A stretch of 64,000 nucleotides of DNA from a virus, in IMG/VR virus record IMGVR_UViG_3300024503_000332. One strand, written 5' to 3'. The notes below the pieces were generated by a model that worked only from the letters and a program-made list of their open reading frames with translations, had not been told where the DNA came from and ran no database searches. Made by a program: the position numbers and the translations under genes. Shown piece by piece: positions 35,486-47,300 of the stretch. Position 1 is the first letter of the stretch; each line of letters opens with the position of its first letter.

Positions 35486-38079
35486 GGTAATTTTTCTCCA
35501 CGTTGCGGAAATGCTAGATATTTATCCTCTATAGTTCCGTCGATAATATCTATGATGTAGCGATCTGCTACGAAGTCAAATACTTTGAAATCGAAGTTTT
35601 CATCGCGGATTTTGGCTTTGATTCTAGAAATGATGTATTGAGCTTTGTCTGGTTTTGCATAGCATAACACTAATGCTTTGATATATCCGGGCTCATAGTT
35701 CTGTTCGTCTTGTATGCTTCTCATCCATAAAGGCAGGAACTCGCGATCTCTTTCGCCTACAGTGGATATCCTTTTCCTCATATTTTTTATGCTGTTAGGA
35801 AATATTCTTTGATGATCTGCATCACTGACTAAGGGAATATCACTGTCTATTTTTATAGAATCGTAGCTTATCAACACTTTGCTATTGATCTTGTCTGGTA
35901 GCTGCACAGTTTGACTGATACTTTTACCGTTCTTTTCTAGGTCATCTTTTATTTCTACGTATACTACTTCGTAGACGGTGTTCTGTGTTAACGGATCTTT
36001 AGCTTTGGCATATTTTAAATCACCAAACTTTAATCTCTTATTATAGTGATTCCTGCTCATAGCCTGGACATATTTTATAGCTTCAGTGCTTTCTATTCCT
36101 GCAAAGACTAGCATCTTTAGCTCAGTCTGAACACTGAAGTTAACGTCACCGTATCTATAAAGATCGTCTGCTCGGAATATGTTAGCATCGGTAATAAAGT
36201 TAAACCATTCTAATCTCTTGTTTTTGCTCTGGAAGGCTTTTACATAGAGGTTGGCAAAAGTTTTAGTAGTTTCAGCAACTACAGTAATGCTAAAGTCCTT
36301 GAAGCTTTCAGTAAAGTTTACAGAATCTCTGGCCTTAACTGTAAAGGTATACTTTTTATCAAAGCTGGTAGTTTCACCATCAAATGTTATATTAAACTCT
36401 CGAGTACTACCGTTTAGATCAAAAAATCTTGTTAATCCGGGAGAGTTTACATCAGCAAACTGTTTGACCTTTCCAATAATATTACCATTGCTGGTAAAAC
36501 TGAGTCCTGGAGGCAAGTTGCCATTGACCAGTTCGTAGATCACACTTCCGCCATAGAGTAAACTCTTGGCTTCTACTGATTTAGTACTTGGTTGATTGGG
36601 TTTGATAGATCCTAGATCAGATCCGCTAATCCAAGAGATACCACTTTCTATCTCTCCGATGATATCTATGGTAAAGGTTTTTTCAGTATCTGAAACTGTG
36701 CTATACCAATAGGTAGTATCGATAGGTAATATATTTTTACAGATTTTAATACAGATATAGATAGTATTATCGTATCTAACTGCATCGCCGACCTGATATA
36801 TAGTTGTTGATGACCAGTCTCCTCTCAACGTGTAATCGGTTGTATAAGGGTTATCATCAAAACTTACCGCGTCAATAGTGAACTTGAAGTTTCTTGTCAC
36901 TCTTGCCTGGTACGGAATGCGGCCAGCTATCTCACCAGTGATCTGATCTAGTTCAAGCCCTGGCGGCAGGTCGGATGCTGTTTCGGGAGTTATAACATCC
37001 CAATCGCCTGCTTGTGTGAGTCTATTAAGTTGTTTTTCTGCTAAAGGAAAACGTGGCATATTGCCTGATATTTCCCATCGTCCGAAATAATAATATTCGT
37101 CAGTGTACTTAGATTTATAAGTTCCTGGATTAGTTTTTAGGAAGTAACTGATATAACCGTTTAATGAACTAGGGTGATATACTTCTAAAAATATAGTAAG
37201 GTAGTTGTTGGCTCTATGTCGTCCCAGATAGCTTTCAGTGATCCATATAGGAAATCTACGTCCGTCTGAGCTAGCTTGGAAAAGATTAGTGTCAACCTGT
37301 AGGAGTGTGTTGTCTGCTTTTAAGAACTCTTCGGATACTACATATATCTTGAAAACTCTGGTAACAGTATTGATACCATCAGTGACTGCAATAGCAAAGG
37401 TATAGATTCTACTTAGTTTCTTAGGATCTCTGCTAACAAGACTATAATCGTAGATAGTATCGTCGTAGAGATAAGAATCGTAGCCTCTTGACTTAGCATC
37501 GCTAAAATCTAAAGGAATATTGTCATAGGGATATGTGTCGTATGCTCCCGAAGTTAACGCATTGTATTCTACAGAAAATACTGGATCAGTGAATCCAAAT
37601 ATACGTCCATCTTCACTTAGAGATAGGCCGGGAGGCAGAGAACCGCCTGTAGGCACGAGATAATATTTCAACACATCACCAGCTATAGTATCTGGGTCAG
37701 TTACTTCGAGTTGAAAATCTACTTTAGCATTATCTAAAATAAAGTAAGCATTATCGGGACCTACATTTAAGAATCCTTCTTTGGTTACCCATGACGGTAC
37801 ATCTGATCCGTCAATGCTTAAACTGAATGTTCTATCTTCAAGGTCTACCCCGTCAGAAGCACGTATAACAAATCTACTGATCGCTAACTTGTTAACTTCA
37901 GAAGGACTACCTACTATGAGATTATTTTTTAATCTAAGACCTCTGGGAAGTTTTCCAGAAATAAGACTAAAGGTTACAGGATTAGAAGTCGTAGAAGAAG
38001 CTAGCAAAGGAATACTGATGGTTATCCTTTCTGTTAGTAGTCCTAAACTTCCTGCCGGTGTGGCCCAAGTTAATGCCAT
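35482..38079 (-). CDS. Baseplate-type structural protein with repeated Ig-like domains
   Basis: Repeated SGxLPPGLxL...I.G motifs. Confidence 0.7.
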   Translation of the reverse strand: MALTWATPAGSLGLLTERITISIPLLASSTTSNPVTFSLISGKLPRGLRLKNNLIVGSPSEVNKLAISRFVIRASDGVDLEDRTFSLSIDGSDVPSWVTKEGFLNVGPDNAYFILDNAKVDFQLEVTDPDTIAGDVLKYYLVPTGGSLPPGLSLSEDGRIFGFTDPVFSVEYNALTSGAYDTYPYDNIPLDFSDAKSRGYDSYLYDDTIYDYSLVSRDPKKLSRIYTFAIAVTDGINTVTRVFKIYVVSEEFLKADNTLLQVDTNLFQASSDGRRFPIWITESYLGRHRANNYLTIFLEVYHPSSLNGYISYFLKTNPGTYKSKYTDEYYYFGRWEISGNMPRFPLAEKQLNRLTQAGDWDVITPETASDLPPGLELDQITGEIAGRIPYQARVTRNFKFTIDAVSFDDNPYTTDYTLRGDWSSTTIYQVGDAVRYDNTIYICIKICKNILPIDTTYWYSTVSDTEKTFTIDIIGEIESGISWISGSDLGSIKPNQPSTKSVEAKSLLYGGSVIYELVNGNLPPGLSFTSNGNIIGKVKQFADVNSPGLTRFFDLNGSTREFNITFDGETTSFDKKYTFTVKARDSVNFTESFKDFSITVVAETTKTFANLYVKAFQSKNKRLEWFNFITDANIFRADDLYRYGDVNFSVQTELKMLVFAGIESTEAIKYVQAMSRNHYNKRLKFGDLKYAKAKDPLTQNTVYEVVYVEIKDDLEKNGKSISQTVQLPDKINSKVLISYDSIKIDSDIPLVSDADHQRIFPNSIKNMRKRISTVGERDREFLPLWMRSIQDEQNYEPGYIKALVLCYAKPDKAQYIISRIKAKIRDENFDFKVFDFVADRYIIDIIDGTIEDKYLAFPQRGEKLP

Positions 38080-38088
38080 GCCTACTCC

Positions 38089-38643
38089 TTATTGGATCGA
38101 ACCAAGGTCTAGACTTACAGAGGATGGGTTAGTTATAGTACCAAAGTCGATGTTTGTAAACGCTAATGCTAACTGTTCAGTGTACTGGAATGAAGAACCT
38201 ATAGGACCGAAATCAAACGTAGTCATGATCTTTGTAACAGGTAGTATGGTGTTGACCGTAATAACAGTACCTAGAGAAGTGACATCAACATCATCACCGC
38301 CTTGTAGTGTGATACGACCGTTGTTTCCATCAGTGGCCTGTACATAACCTGAGTTAGTTTCGATCCTTGTCAGAGCAGCGTCGGCATCGTTGTTGATTAC
38401 TACAGAAGTTAGTGTATCATCTAATGATACTTTTCTTCCAGCTACTATATTTTTAAACTCTAGATTAGATCCATTTTTTTGCTTAAACAACCCTACTCCA
38501 GTAGTTCCTATGTTTAGGCCAGTAACCGCTAGCTCGGAGTTTAATGCAGTAAAGTTAGAGTTGACTTTTTGGAAGGCAGTGCGTAGATCATCACCTAGAC
38601 CATCATTGACTACATTACCGATATTGATTGTTTGTATAGACAT
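38089..38643 (-). CDS. Baseplate/tail protein with gp9/gp10-like N-terminus
   Basis: INIGNVVNDGLGDDLRTAFQKVNSNF. Confidence 0.7.
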   Translation of the reverse strand: MSIQTINIGNVVNDGLGDDLRTAFQKVNSNFTALNSELAVTGLNIGTTGVGLFKQKNGSNLEFKNIVAGRKVSLDDTLTSVVINNDADAALTRIETNSGYVQATDGNNGRITLQGGDDVDVTSLGTVITVNTILPVTKIMTTFDFGPIGSSFQYTEQLALAFTNIDFGTITNPSSVSLDLGSIQ

Positions 38644-38666
38644 AGTTTGCGCTCTCTTTTACATAT

Positions 38667-41600
38667 TTACCAGGAGCCGTTACTCCAAGCCACACGCTTC
38701 CAGATATCACCGCCCGGACTGACGAATGTAAAGGTGTTGGTTAAAGTGAAAGTTACGTTGTTGCTAAAATTCAGTCCTGTTTGTGTTCCGTTGTTTAGGT
38801 TTTGGTCCACATTTGTCACTGTTACTGATGCGCTCTGACCTGGAACCACCAAAGTCCACCCTAGGATGTCAGTGTTGATTTTGTTGAAACCATAGTTGAC
38901 GCCGAAATCAAAGTGGTCGTGGTTGCTGCCAGTAGTGCCTACCACATTAAGCATTTCAAAGTTCTGTACGCAGTAATAGATGTAATCACCGTCGAAGGCC
39001 ATCATACCAATGCGGTCTCCCTCGGCACCATAGCTGTGTGCGGGCGGAATGGCCTTGACATTTAGATAGCCACCGCCGGGGAATCTCAGCATACCATAGT
39101 TTTTAAACTCCCAGGTGTGGGTATAGATATTTGAGTAATCATAGGTTCCTGTAGGTGCTATACTGCCCAATGGTGGGTTGGTGTCCCACTGTTCATATGG
39201 TGTGTTCAACGGTCCTGTGTTGACATACAGTGCTTGATTAAATCCAGGAACCCAAATCCCATATCCGTTATCGTACTGTATGTACGGATCGGTAGCAGGG
39301 TTATAACCAGCGGGAATCCAAGCATTAGGATCGCTGATAGATTGAGTGTAGGTTAGATTCACCGCGACGAAGTCAGCGCCGAGGATGGTTATGTGTGTGG
39401 GAGGCGCAGTTGGATTTTCGTTCGTCTCTATCGCGAGGCCGTGTGTGTTGTCGGACTTGATCTTGTCATCAGGGAACTTGGTCCTGCCATCGCTGGTAAA
39501 GGTCCAGTTGTAGTGATTGTTTCTAAGCAAATCGTGTGTGTAGAAATCTACCACTCCAGTGAGATCATTCTGGCCACTGCCATAGACCATTATAGAAGAT
39601 AACTCTGTGCCTCTATTGCTGACATTGCTGGAAACGCTGGCTATCGAGATCGGACTTTGTTGATCTGTGGTGTTAGTGATGCCAGTCCAGCCCATACCAT
39701 AGGTGCCTATCTTGGTATGGTTAGGCAACAGCAAGCTGCCGTCGTTGCCAAAGACCCATTCTGCGCTACGATTACTATTGGCATCAGGAATGTTTACCTG
39801 CCAGATGCTGGCATAGTCTGCGGGGACTTGATTATTGACCCTTCCAGATATCCTAGCTCTAGATGGATTTTCTGGATCGCCTTGTGCTATGGTCTGGAAT
39901 GCTTGGCTGACATAACCTATGATATCTGCTCGTCCTGCACCTACCTTGTTGTAGGTGAACTCGATCTTGGCGCCTATTGATAGGCCTAACAGCGTACCTC
40001 CCAGTTCACCATTAGGATCTGTGAAGATGTTGACTTCTATCTCACTCTGATTTCTCTGTGATAGACCCGGTATCAGCACGTTAGGGCTGGTCAAGGTCAC
40101 TTCATTGCTGAAATCCTGTCCATTGGTATAAACGTGTGATACCTGTTCTCTGGATGAGTAGATGACCACGCGGTCTCCGCTGTTGGGTTGACCTTGTTGT
40201 CCTTCGCTGCCTTCTACTCTTATGTGCGATCCATAGCTGCCGTAACCAAAGCCCAAGGCCGCACCTTTCTTCCTGCTTAGGGGTCTTAGATGCGTGTCGT
40301 TGTCAAAGCTGTAGTACAGCTCTAATCCATAATCCTCACTCCAGGCAAAGTCTTGATCTGCTTTAAGGATGAGGCTGTTTTCTACGCCATAGATCCTGCC
40401 TGTGTTGTTGGATATCTCTATGCGATTGTCTACTAGTCTTAGCTGTATGTTATCGCCGTTTGTGATCTGCGATTTATTTAGGTATCTACACACAGTGGTT
40501 ATGTAGGAACCCACATAGTTTATGTCAGCGATATCTGCTAGATTGATCCTAGTCGTGTTATATGTGGTAGTGGTATCTAAGGATCCTGATATAGCTCTGT
40601 AGACACCTGGAGCGTCCTGTAACAGTCTGACCATCACCGTGACATTAGGACCTGCGAGACCGTCGACTTCATTGAAGAAATCTAAGCCGCGTACTTCTAC
40701 CCAGTATTCTTCCGTTTCAGTGTCACGATGATAAGCAGTGATCACATATCTGCTGGGGTTGGTATTATAGATATAAGATAGGCCACCGCCACCGCCACCT
40801 AGCACACTTGTGCCATCGCTATTGACGATATCTCCACCTGAGGGTAGCTGTAGCTTACCGTCATTCTTAAACTGCCATTGACTGGCTCCAGCATTTATCA
40901 AAACTTTGCCATAATAGCTGAGCCCTCCAGCCGATTGTCCGCCTGTGATAGTGACATCGCCGCCTGGTCCGTCTGTGCCATAGCCGCCAGCGAGGCTGAT
41001 ATAACCTCCAGTTGTTCCCTGGCCACCTTGACTTTGAATATATCCGCCGGTGCCGATGTTGACATCGCCGCCCTTTTGATAAATGTAGCCTGGTGTTCCT
41101 GAACCTTGCACATCACCGGCTTCTACTCGAATATAGCCACCCTGCCCATCGCCAGGGCCATAGCCGCCACGTATCTTGATATCGCCACCATTGCCGTTGG
41201 TATCACCGCCGCGGCCTGCCCATAAGTAGATGTCGCCACCTTCACCGCCGGTGCCGTCTTGGCCTTTACCAGGATTGATTACCAGTCGTTGTGCATTGTA
41301 ACTGGTGGCGTCGGGTGTGGTGATAATAGCTTCTTGTTGGCCGTCACCTATGTTTAGAGTATATCCTGTGATTGTACCGTTGGCAGTGTCACCGCGAGCC
41401 ACTGAAATGAAAGGCAACACAGTCTGGCCATTGGCTTTGAAAAGCCAGTTGTTGCCAGTGTAAAGTCCTATACCGCTGCCAGCTGTGCTGTAGATCTGCA
41501 CAGGCTGTGTGGACGCATTGGCTGAACCAGGTAGAGTTATACCAGTAGAGCCTTCTATGGCAGGATCGATGCGTATGCCCACTGTGCCGCCGACGCCGTT

Positions 41601-42386
41601 GCCACTGAACTCACCTATGGTCCATTCGCCGTCTAACCAGGCACCTATATTGCCCATACCAAAACGCTGTTCGTTTATAGGCCAACCATCTCCGCTGTTA
41701 TCTGGGAATGTCAATGTTCCGTCTGTGCCAAATGTCCAAGTATTGATTCCTGGTCCAAATGTCGCTGTCTTAGGTCCATCGGAAAATCCAGTGATTACAT
41801 TTTGATTAAAAGTGAACACCCAATAGCCAGCGCCAGTGTCGTGTATGACAGTCTGTACTGTGGCAGTGACTGGTGTACCCCACGCTGTCCTCACCGTAGC
41901 ACCTGCTGTAACAGTCGTGCCCAATGTTGGGTAATCGCTGTCTAACACAAACAGGCGCCAAACGCCAGGACCAAAAGTGTCTGCAGCAAATATTGTAACA
42001 CTCTGTACCAGTGGATGAGATCCCACGGTAATGTCTATGGCAGAGTTACTTTGTAAGTTGCTGCCGCTGCCACCTTGTACTGGATCGCCATCTACTGTAA
42101 GATTGCCATTACCATCTAAGCTGATAGGAACATTGTTGATGTAGAGTGTGTTAAGACCCACGTACATGCTACGCCATTGGCGTGTAGGACTTCCAATATC
42201 ATAGGTATTGTTAGTCTTAGGTAAAAGATGTGTATCTACGTTTGATGGATCAAATATTGTTCCATCAGCTGCCAATGTGCTGTACAGTTCATTAAAGTTT
42301 GAGTTGACTTTGTTAAAGGCCGTCCTTAGGTTATCGCCTGTGCGATCGTTAGCGGTTTGTCCTATGTTGATTGTTTGTTTTGCCAT
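38667..42386 (-). CDS. Tail fibre / receptor-binding protein
   Basis: gp9/gp10-like N-terminus, Gly-rich repeats, recurring WxFxxDG motifs, C-terminal WKRVAW. Confidence 0.78.
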   Translation of the reverse strand: MAKQTINIGQTANDRTGDNLRTAFNKVNSNFNELYSTLAADGTIFDPSNVDTHLLPKTNNTYDIGSPTRQWRSMYVGLNTLYINNVPISLDGNGNLTVDGDPVQGGSGSNLQSNSAIDITVGSHPLVQSVTIFAADTFGPGVWRLFVLDSDYPTLGTTVTAGATVRTAWGTPVTATVQTVIHDTGAGYWVFTFNQNVITGFSDGPKTATFGPGINTWTFGTDGTLTFPDNSGDGWPINEQRFGMGNIGAWLDGEWTIGEFSGNGVGGTVGIRIDPAIEGSTGITLPGSANASTQPVQIYSTAGSGIGLYTGNNWLFKANGQTVLPFISVARGDTANGTITGYTLNIGDGQQEAIITTPDATSYNAQRLVINPGKGQDGTGGEGGDIYLWAGRGGDTNGNGGDIKIRGGYGPGDGQGGYIRVEAGDVQGSGTPGYIYQKGGDVNIGTGGYIQSQGGQGTTGGYISLAGGYGTDGPGGDVTITGGQSAGGLSYYGKVLINAGASQWQFKNDGKLQLPSGGDIVNSDGTSVLGGGGGGLSYIYNTNPSRYVITAYHRDTETEEYWVEVRGLDFFNEVDGLAGPNVTVMVRLLQDAPGVYRAISGSLDTTTTYNTTRINLADIADINYVGSYITTVCRYLNKSQITNGDNIQLRLVDNRIEISNNTGRIYGVENSLILKADQDFAWSEDYGLELYYSFDNDTHLRPLSRKKGAALGFGYGSYGSHIRVEGSEGQQGQPNSGDRVVIYSSREQVSHVYTNGQDFSNEVTLTSPNVLIPGLSQRNQSEIEVNIFTDPNGELGGTLLGLSIGAKIEFTYNKVGAGRADIIGYVSQAFQTIAQGDPENPSRARISGRVNNQVPADYASIWQVNIPDANSNRSAEWVFGNDGSLLLPNHTKIGTYGMGWTGITNTTDQQSPISIASVSSNVSNRGTELSSIMVYGSGQNDLTGVVDFYTHDLLRNNHYNWTFTSDGRTKFPDDKIKSDNTHGLAIETNENPTAPPTHITILGADFVAVNLTYTQSISDPNAWIPAGYNPATDPYIQYDNGYGIWVPGFNQALYVNTGPLNTPYEQWDTNPPLGSIAPTGTYDYSNIYTHTWEFKNYGMLRFPGGGYLNVKAIPPAHSYGAEGDRIGMMAFDGDYIYYCVQNFEMLNVVGTTGSNHDHFDFGVNYGFNKINTDILGWTLVVPGQSASVTVTNVDQNLNNGTQTGLNFSNNVTFTLTNTFTFVSPGGDIWKRVAWSNGSW

Positions 42387-42398
42387 TTATCGCTCCGA

Positions 42399-44375
42399 TT
42401 AACCAAATGTCTCTAACTTACCATGCACACTGATAACACCGCTTGCATTATAGAAAGTAAATGTAACTATGTCTCGTTTGTTAGCATTGCCTGTGGGTGG
42501 CGATCCACCTTGCCAGTACAGTGTAACACCAGTGTTACTACCATCTAGTAGAACGGCGTTTGGTATTCTTCCAGTAGCACCTTGTACTAAGATAAGAGTT
42601 ACCACGGTATATTGTCCATCTAGCAGGTTCATATTAGTGAAGTCTGCGTTGAAGTTACCTTGTAGACTAGTATGTACGAATGTATCACTTAATCTATAAT
42701 CATGTTCTACTGTAGCTGTAGCACCAGCTATTGGTGCGTATACTCTTTTTACACCTTTAGCTATAGTAGTGTTTCTGATTGTCGTTGTTCCAACACCATT
42801 TGCACCCATGGTCAGTGCTGTGGCAGCACCACCTAAGGTCAATGTGGTTGGAGTACCCAATGCTGCAAATGTTGCGGCATTAGAATCTAGAGAACTGGTG
42901 CCCCAGTTAGCATTGGTTGGAATGACACTATGTAGGTCCCATGACCCATTGCTAGTACCGTTGTTATAAAGTACAGCTCTTTTATTACCGCCTGCTATGA
43001 CACTGCCCACCTGTGTGGCATCATTGTACTGTATAGTCAGTGTACCTGTGGAGTTGTTATTGAATACAAACAATGTTCCTGTAGGTAATGTAGTAGCATC
43101 TGGCAGCTTAAATGTATGATTGCTACTTCCAGAAAGTAGCTGCTGTTGATTTGAAGTTGATGTTAGTGTGGTAGTACCACCTGAACTGGTTGTTGCTGTA
43201 ACTCCATTGACGAAGTTTTTAGCACTACCCCAGTTAGAGATTGTCAAGCTACCTAGTGTACCAACTGATGTTAGGCTTGAACTAACAACATTTGATGCTA
43301 GAGTAGTTCCGGTCAACAATCCGGCAGGAGCAGTTCCTGAAACGTTACCAGTTACGTTACCAGTTACATTACCAGTAACGTTTGCAAATACAGGACCGAC
43401 GATACGTCCCATTACAGCATCTACTAGCAGTGTTGAATCGTCGGCAAAGATACTGCCATTGAGGTCTATCTTGTTGTTCAATGAAAGTACCATTGAACGT
43501 CCACTAGCATTAGTACTGATGTTTATTCCATAGCCAGGAGTAATGCTTAGTGTATCTGTATTATTAGTAGCAGCGATCAGCGGTTGTCCTGGAACTGATA
43601 CGTTTCTAAATGTAAACAGTCCGCTGGCAGGTGATGTATTATTAAGTGTAGCTATCTTTGTAGTAGGATCAACGCTGACACTTAAACCTGTGATAACGCT
43701 TATACCTCTAATACCACTGTTGGTGATAGTTACATTACCTGTTGAGCCGCTAACTGTAATACCACTGCCAGCAGTGATCTGAGTCACTCCAGTGTTAGTA
43801 AAAATCACATTGCCGGTAGACGAGCTAACTCCAATACCGGTTCCTGCTACAGCACCAGTGACTCCACTGTTACTAACAGTTAGAGTCTTAGTTGTTGGAT
43901 TTGCTGTCAGTGTTATAGCTGTTCCTGACAACAGTTTTAAGGTATCATTGAACTGTCCTGCAACGATATTGCTGCTGTTATCGACATTAAAAGTCTTGAA
44001 AAATGTTTTAGATGGATCAATGATCAGTTCACCGCCTAAGGTAGTCGATGCTGGAAGTTCTACAGTACCGTTACTGCTCTTGATCTGCGCAGACCCTAGC
44101 CATATACCATTGTTTTCAGAACCAGGTGTTAGACTTTGATCCTCTATGTACAATGATTTAAACGCTTTTCCACTATCACCTAACTGTAATGTGTTAGTTG
44201 CTGTTGGTATGATTGAACTATTAAAGTTGGTAAAATCAGCCAGAGAAACATTATTTTCTGATAATGCTGTGCTGATCAGTGTGAAGTTTTGGCTGACTGC
44301 TTTTAGAGCATCGTCGACGTTGCTCCAAAGTAAGGGAGGACTTCCTGCGGTGATGTTTGTGTTTATTCCTGACAT
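42399..44375 (-). CDS. Tail fibre protein
   Basis: VTGN repeats, AGxGI repeats, SSLTSVGTL, Ser/Thr/Gly-rich. Confidence 0.75.
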   Translation of the reverse strand: MSGINTNITAGSPPLLWSNVDDALKAVSQNFTLISTALSENNVSLADFTNFNSSIIPTATNTLQLGDSGKAFKSLYIEDQSLTPGSENNGIWLGSAQIKSSNGTVELPASTTLGGELIIDPSKTFFKTFNVDNSSNIVAGQFNDTLKLLSGTAITLTANPTTKTLTVSNSGVTGAVAGTGIGVSSSTGNVIFTNTGVTQITAGSGITVSGSTGNVTITNSGIRGISVITGLSVSVDPTTKIATLNNTSPASGLFTFRNVSVPGQPLIAATNNTDTLSITPGYGINISTNASGRSMVLSLNNKIDLNGSIFADDSTLLVDAVMGRIVGPVFANVTGNVTGNVTGNVSGTAPAGLLTGTTLASNVVSSSLTSVGTLGSLTISNWGSAKNFVNGVTATTSSGGTTTLTSTSNQQQLLSGSSNHTFKLPDATTLPTGTLFVFNNNSTGTLTIQYNDATQVGSVIAGGNKRAVLYNNGTSNGSWDLHSVIPTNANWGTSSLDSNAATFAALGTPTTLTLGGAATALTMGANGVGTTTIRNTTIAKGVKRVYAPIAGATATVEHDYRLSDTFVHTSLQGNFNADFTNMNLLDGQYTVVTLILVQGATGRIPNAVLLDGSNTGVTLYWQGGSPPTGNANKRDIVTFTFYNASGVISVHGKLETFG

Positions 44376-47300
44376 TATGTTCTCCCTACCGCTATTTCAA
44401 CAGTGCCAATATGATCACTGTCATAATCTTTTAGAGCCTTACCTACTACAGTTCCGACTTTAACATCGCCTGTGGCAGCTACAGCTACTCCTGGAATTCC
44501 TGATGTAATCAAGATGTCTCCTTTTTTAATCTTTCCAACTACTTTGCATGGAACACGACCTTGCAGCGCGACCAAGTTTTTAAATCCTGGACATGCTTCA
44601 TACATGGTATAAGCAGCAGTATTAGATACAACACCTGCTACTCTTGTATCTCCTTTGATATTAGAAGTTGTAACTTCTTTTTCACCACCAAACACAAGAA
44701 CTGTACCTACTTCATATTCTTTATCACCTTCATAGTTTTCTGCAAGGTCAGCGGAATATGTTGCCTGCAATCTTGATTCGTTCGGTGAAGTGCCAGTCAA
44801 TGTCCAACGTCCTGTTATAGTACCACTATTAGTATTACCACCTGTGGTGATCGCGGTTACTTGGATGCTCGATGCTGTTATAGGAGCATCGGTACCACCG
44901 TCTTTGGTCTTAAACTGGTGTGTATCATTCCAATACAATGATTTGTTATCAGTAGATACTGTACCAGATTGTACTAGTATACCACCTACGCTGTTCCAGC
45001 CATAGTATCTAATATAGCCACCACTACCTGCTGTGGCAGTATCAATACTGGTATTGTTATCAACGTTGACCTTGCTGACGTTAATCTCATTGGCAGAGAA
45101 GTTACCGCTCGAGTCTCTGTTAATAAGTTTGTTGTTATCGGAGGATCCTGTATAGGCCGCTGACATTTCAACAACGGTATAATCACCGTCGCCGGTTCCG
45201 GTACCACCTGTCCTTCTCAAGAAACCTGTAGTTGAATATTGAGATTTCTTAATGGATCCGCCACTGTCAACTACAGTGGTAAAGTTTACCGCAGTAATAT
45301 TGCCTGTGCTGATACTAGAGTTACCTAGTACAGTGTTAGACGCTATCTGTGAAATAGATGTCAACGGCAATGAGTTAGTTTTGATAGTGATCCAACCGTT
45401 GGTTGAAACAAACAGTGCATCATCGAAACTAGCAAGTCCTAGAGCTGCTTGGTTTATACCAGTAGCATTTGTTCTGGTAGTGGCAGCATTCATGTTTAAC
45501 TTGCTTTGATCGATAGCTGCCGATCCTGAAACTTTACTGTTTGTGATAGTTCCTGCACCTACTGATGCAGTGATTAATCTAGTTGTAGGATTCAACGATA
45601 GTGTGATATCGCCAGTTACTGTGGCGTTAACAGCACCAAAGCCTGTTCCTGTGAAACTTAACAGTTGACCGCTTGCGATGCTAGCACCAGAGAAGTCTTG
45701 GAAGTTGGCAAAGGTCATGCTCTGTAAGTTTACTGCGTCTAACGGGTTGACTGGGTTAGCGATATTGATAACCTTTTGGTTACCCATATCTAAGTTGGCC
45801 TTCATCTTCAAGGCGCCGTTAAGTGGTAGGAAACCGCCTGTGTTGATCGGAATAACCTGGCTAGGATCAACCACCGCACCGTTGTGTGTTAGGCCCAATC
45901 TACGTTCGAGATAGATACGTGTCGCGTTTTGTGTTGGAACGGTATCTGTAGCGTTGTTGGCAAATGATGAGTCTGTTGAGAACTCACTGATTGGAACACC
46001 ACGTTTAAATCCTAGACCGTCTAGGTTACTCAACGCAATAGCAGCTGAGAACGACACCTTACCAGTACCTTGGTCAACGCTAAAGTATGGACCGACTCTA
46101 AAGTTACCATATTGGTCTGTGGTCACATAGAACACACGACCTACTGTTTTTTCAATAACTTCCCCTGCTGCGTTTCTGGCGTTTACGGCTGGACCATAGA
46201 TTTCGTTTGGATAGTTAGTATCTGCGTATGAACCAGTACCAATGTCCAGCAAATCGTGTCCTGTAACACGGGTCAACGCAATACGAATGGTCAGTGTACC
46301 GTTGGCGTTGGTAGTTCCTCTACGCACACCTGCTTTGAGAGTGATAGCTGAAGTATAAGATATTACACTGTCATTCAAACCAACTCCAGACTGCACACCA
46401 GTGACTAGATTGATCTGGCTAACATATACGCGACCAAATGCTGTGTTAGTAACAGTTTCTGGATCGTACTTGGTGATTACATAGTTTACACCTTTCCAGT
46501 TAAACACAGAACCAGCTGCTCTTGATCGATCATATGGACCTAGAGCGACCACAGCAAACCACGTATCTCCCACTCTGCCTCGTACTTTACTGACAGAGTG
46601 TGTACCTGCATTTAGTAAAGATGTCTGGATCGCAGTACCGCCTGGAGTTAGAGAAAGAGTAAAAGAAGTAGTAGTTAATCCTGATGCCAATACAAAGTAA
46701 TGGGTTGTCGCGAGCAGTCCTGTAGGCAATGTTCCAGATGTTTCTAACTTGACTACATCACCGGCTGATAGTCCGTGTGCATAGGTTGATGTCAAGACGG
46801 CAGGTGAAGCTACACTTATAGTAACCGGAGTACCTCCTCCGAACACGGTATTAATAGTCCCAGATGCTGATGATACTGTAACAGGGTTATGTTTCGCTAT
46901 ACCTGGGATAGATCCTGAAGCATTAGATATCTGGAATATCGAAGTTAGTGCAGATGTGGCACTCAATGCTAGAGATGTGCTGCTTGGTATAGCCGCGATA
47001 TAGTATTGTGTACCACTGGCTATGTTACCAAAGCCTGTACCAGTAAATGCTATAGGCTGTCCAATGCTCATTAGCCCACTGTTGGTTACAGTGACCGTAT
47101 AAGCGGTAGCACTCATACTAGTTGATGCAACAGTCTGTGCGGTGTTAACGATCCACGATGCACCCGATCCGCTGACTATGTATGTGTTAGCTGCGATGCC
47201 GCTGCCACTCAATACCATACCTGCTATAATAGTACCTGATGCAAGATTGGTAACTGTTAAAATGCTACTGCTGATACTACCTGTAAATGAAGCAGTAGTG

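Noticed and set aside
40780-41270. GC-rich repetitive stretch suggesting a DGR or mobile insert
   Set aside because: Gly-rich coding repeats; no reverse transcriptase or template/variable repeat pair seen
43341-43380. 12 nt tandem repeat (CAGTTACGTTAC-like)
   Set aside because: Encodes VTGN fibre repeats; not a CRISPR array or regulatory repeat
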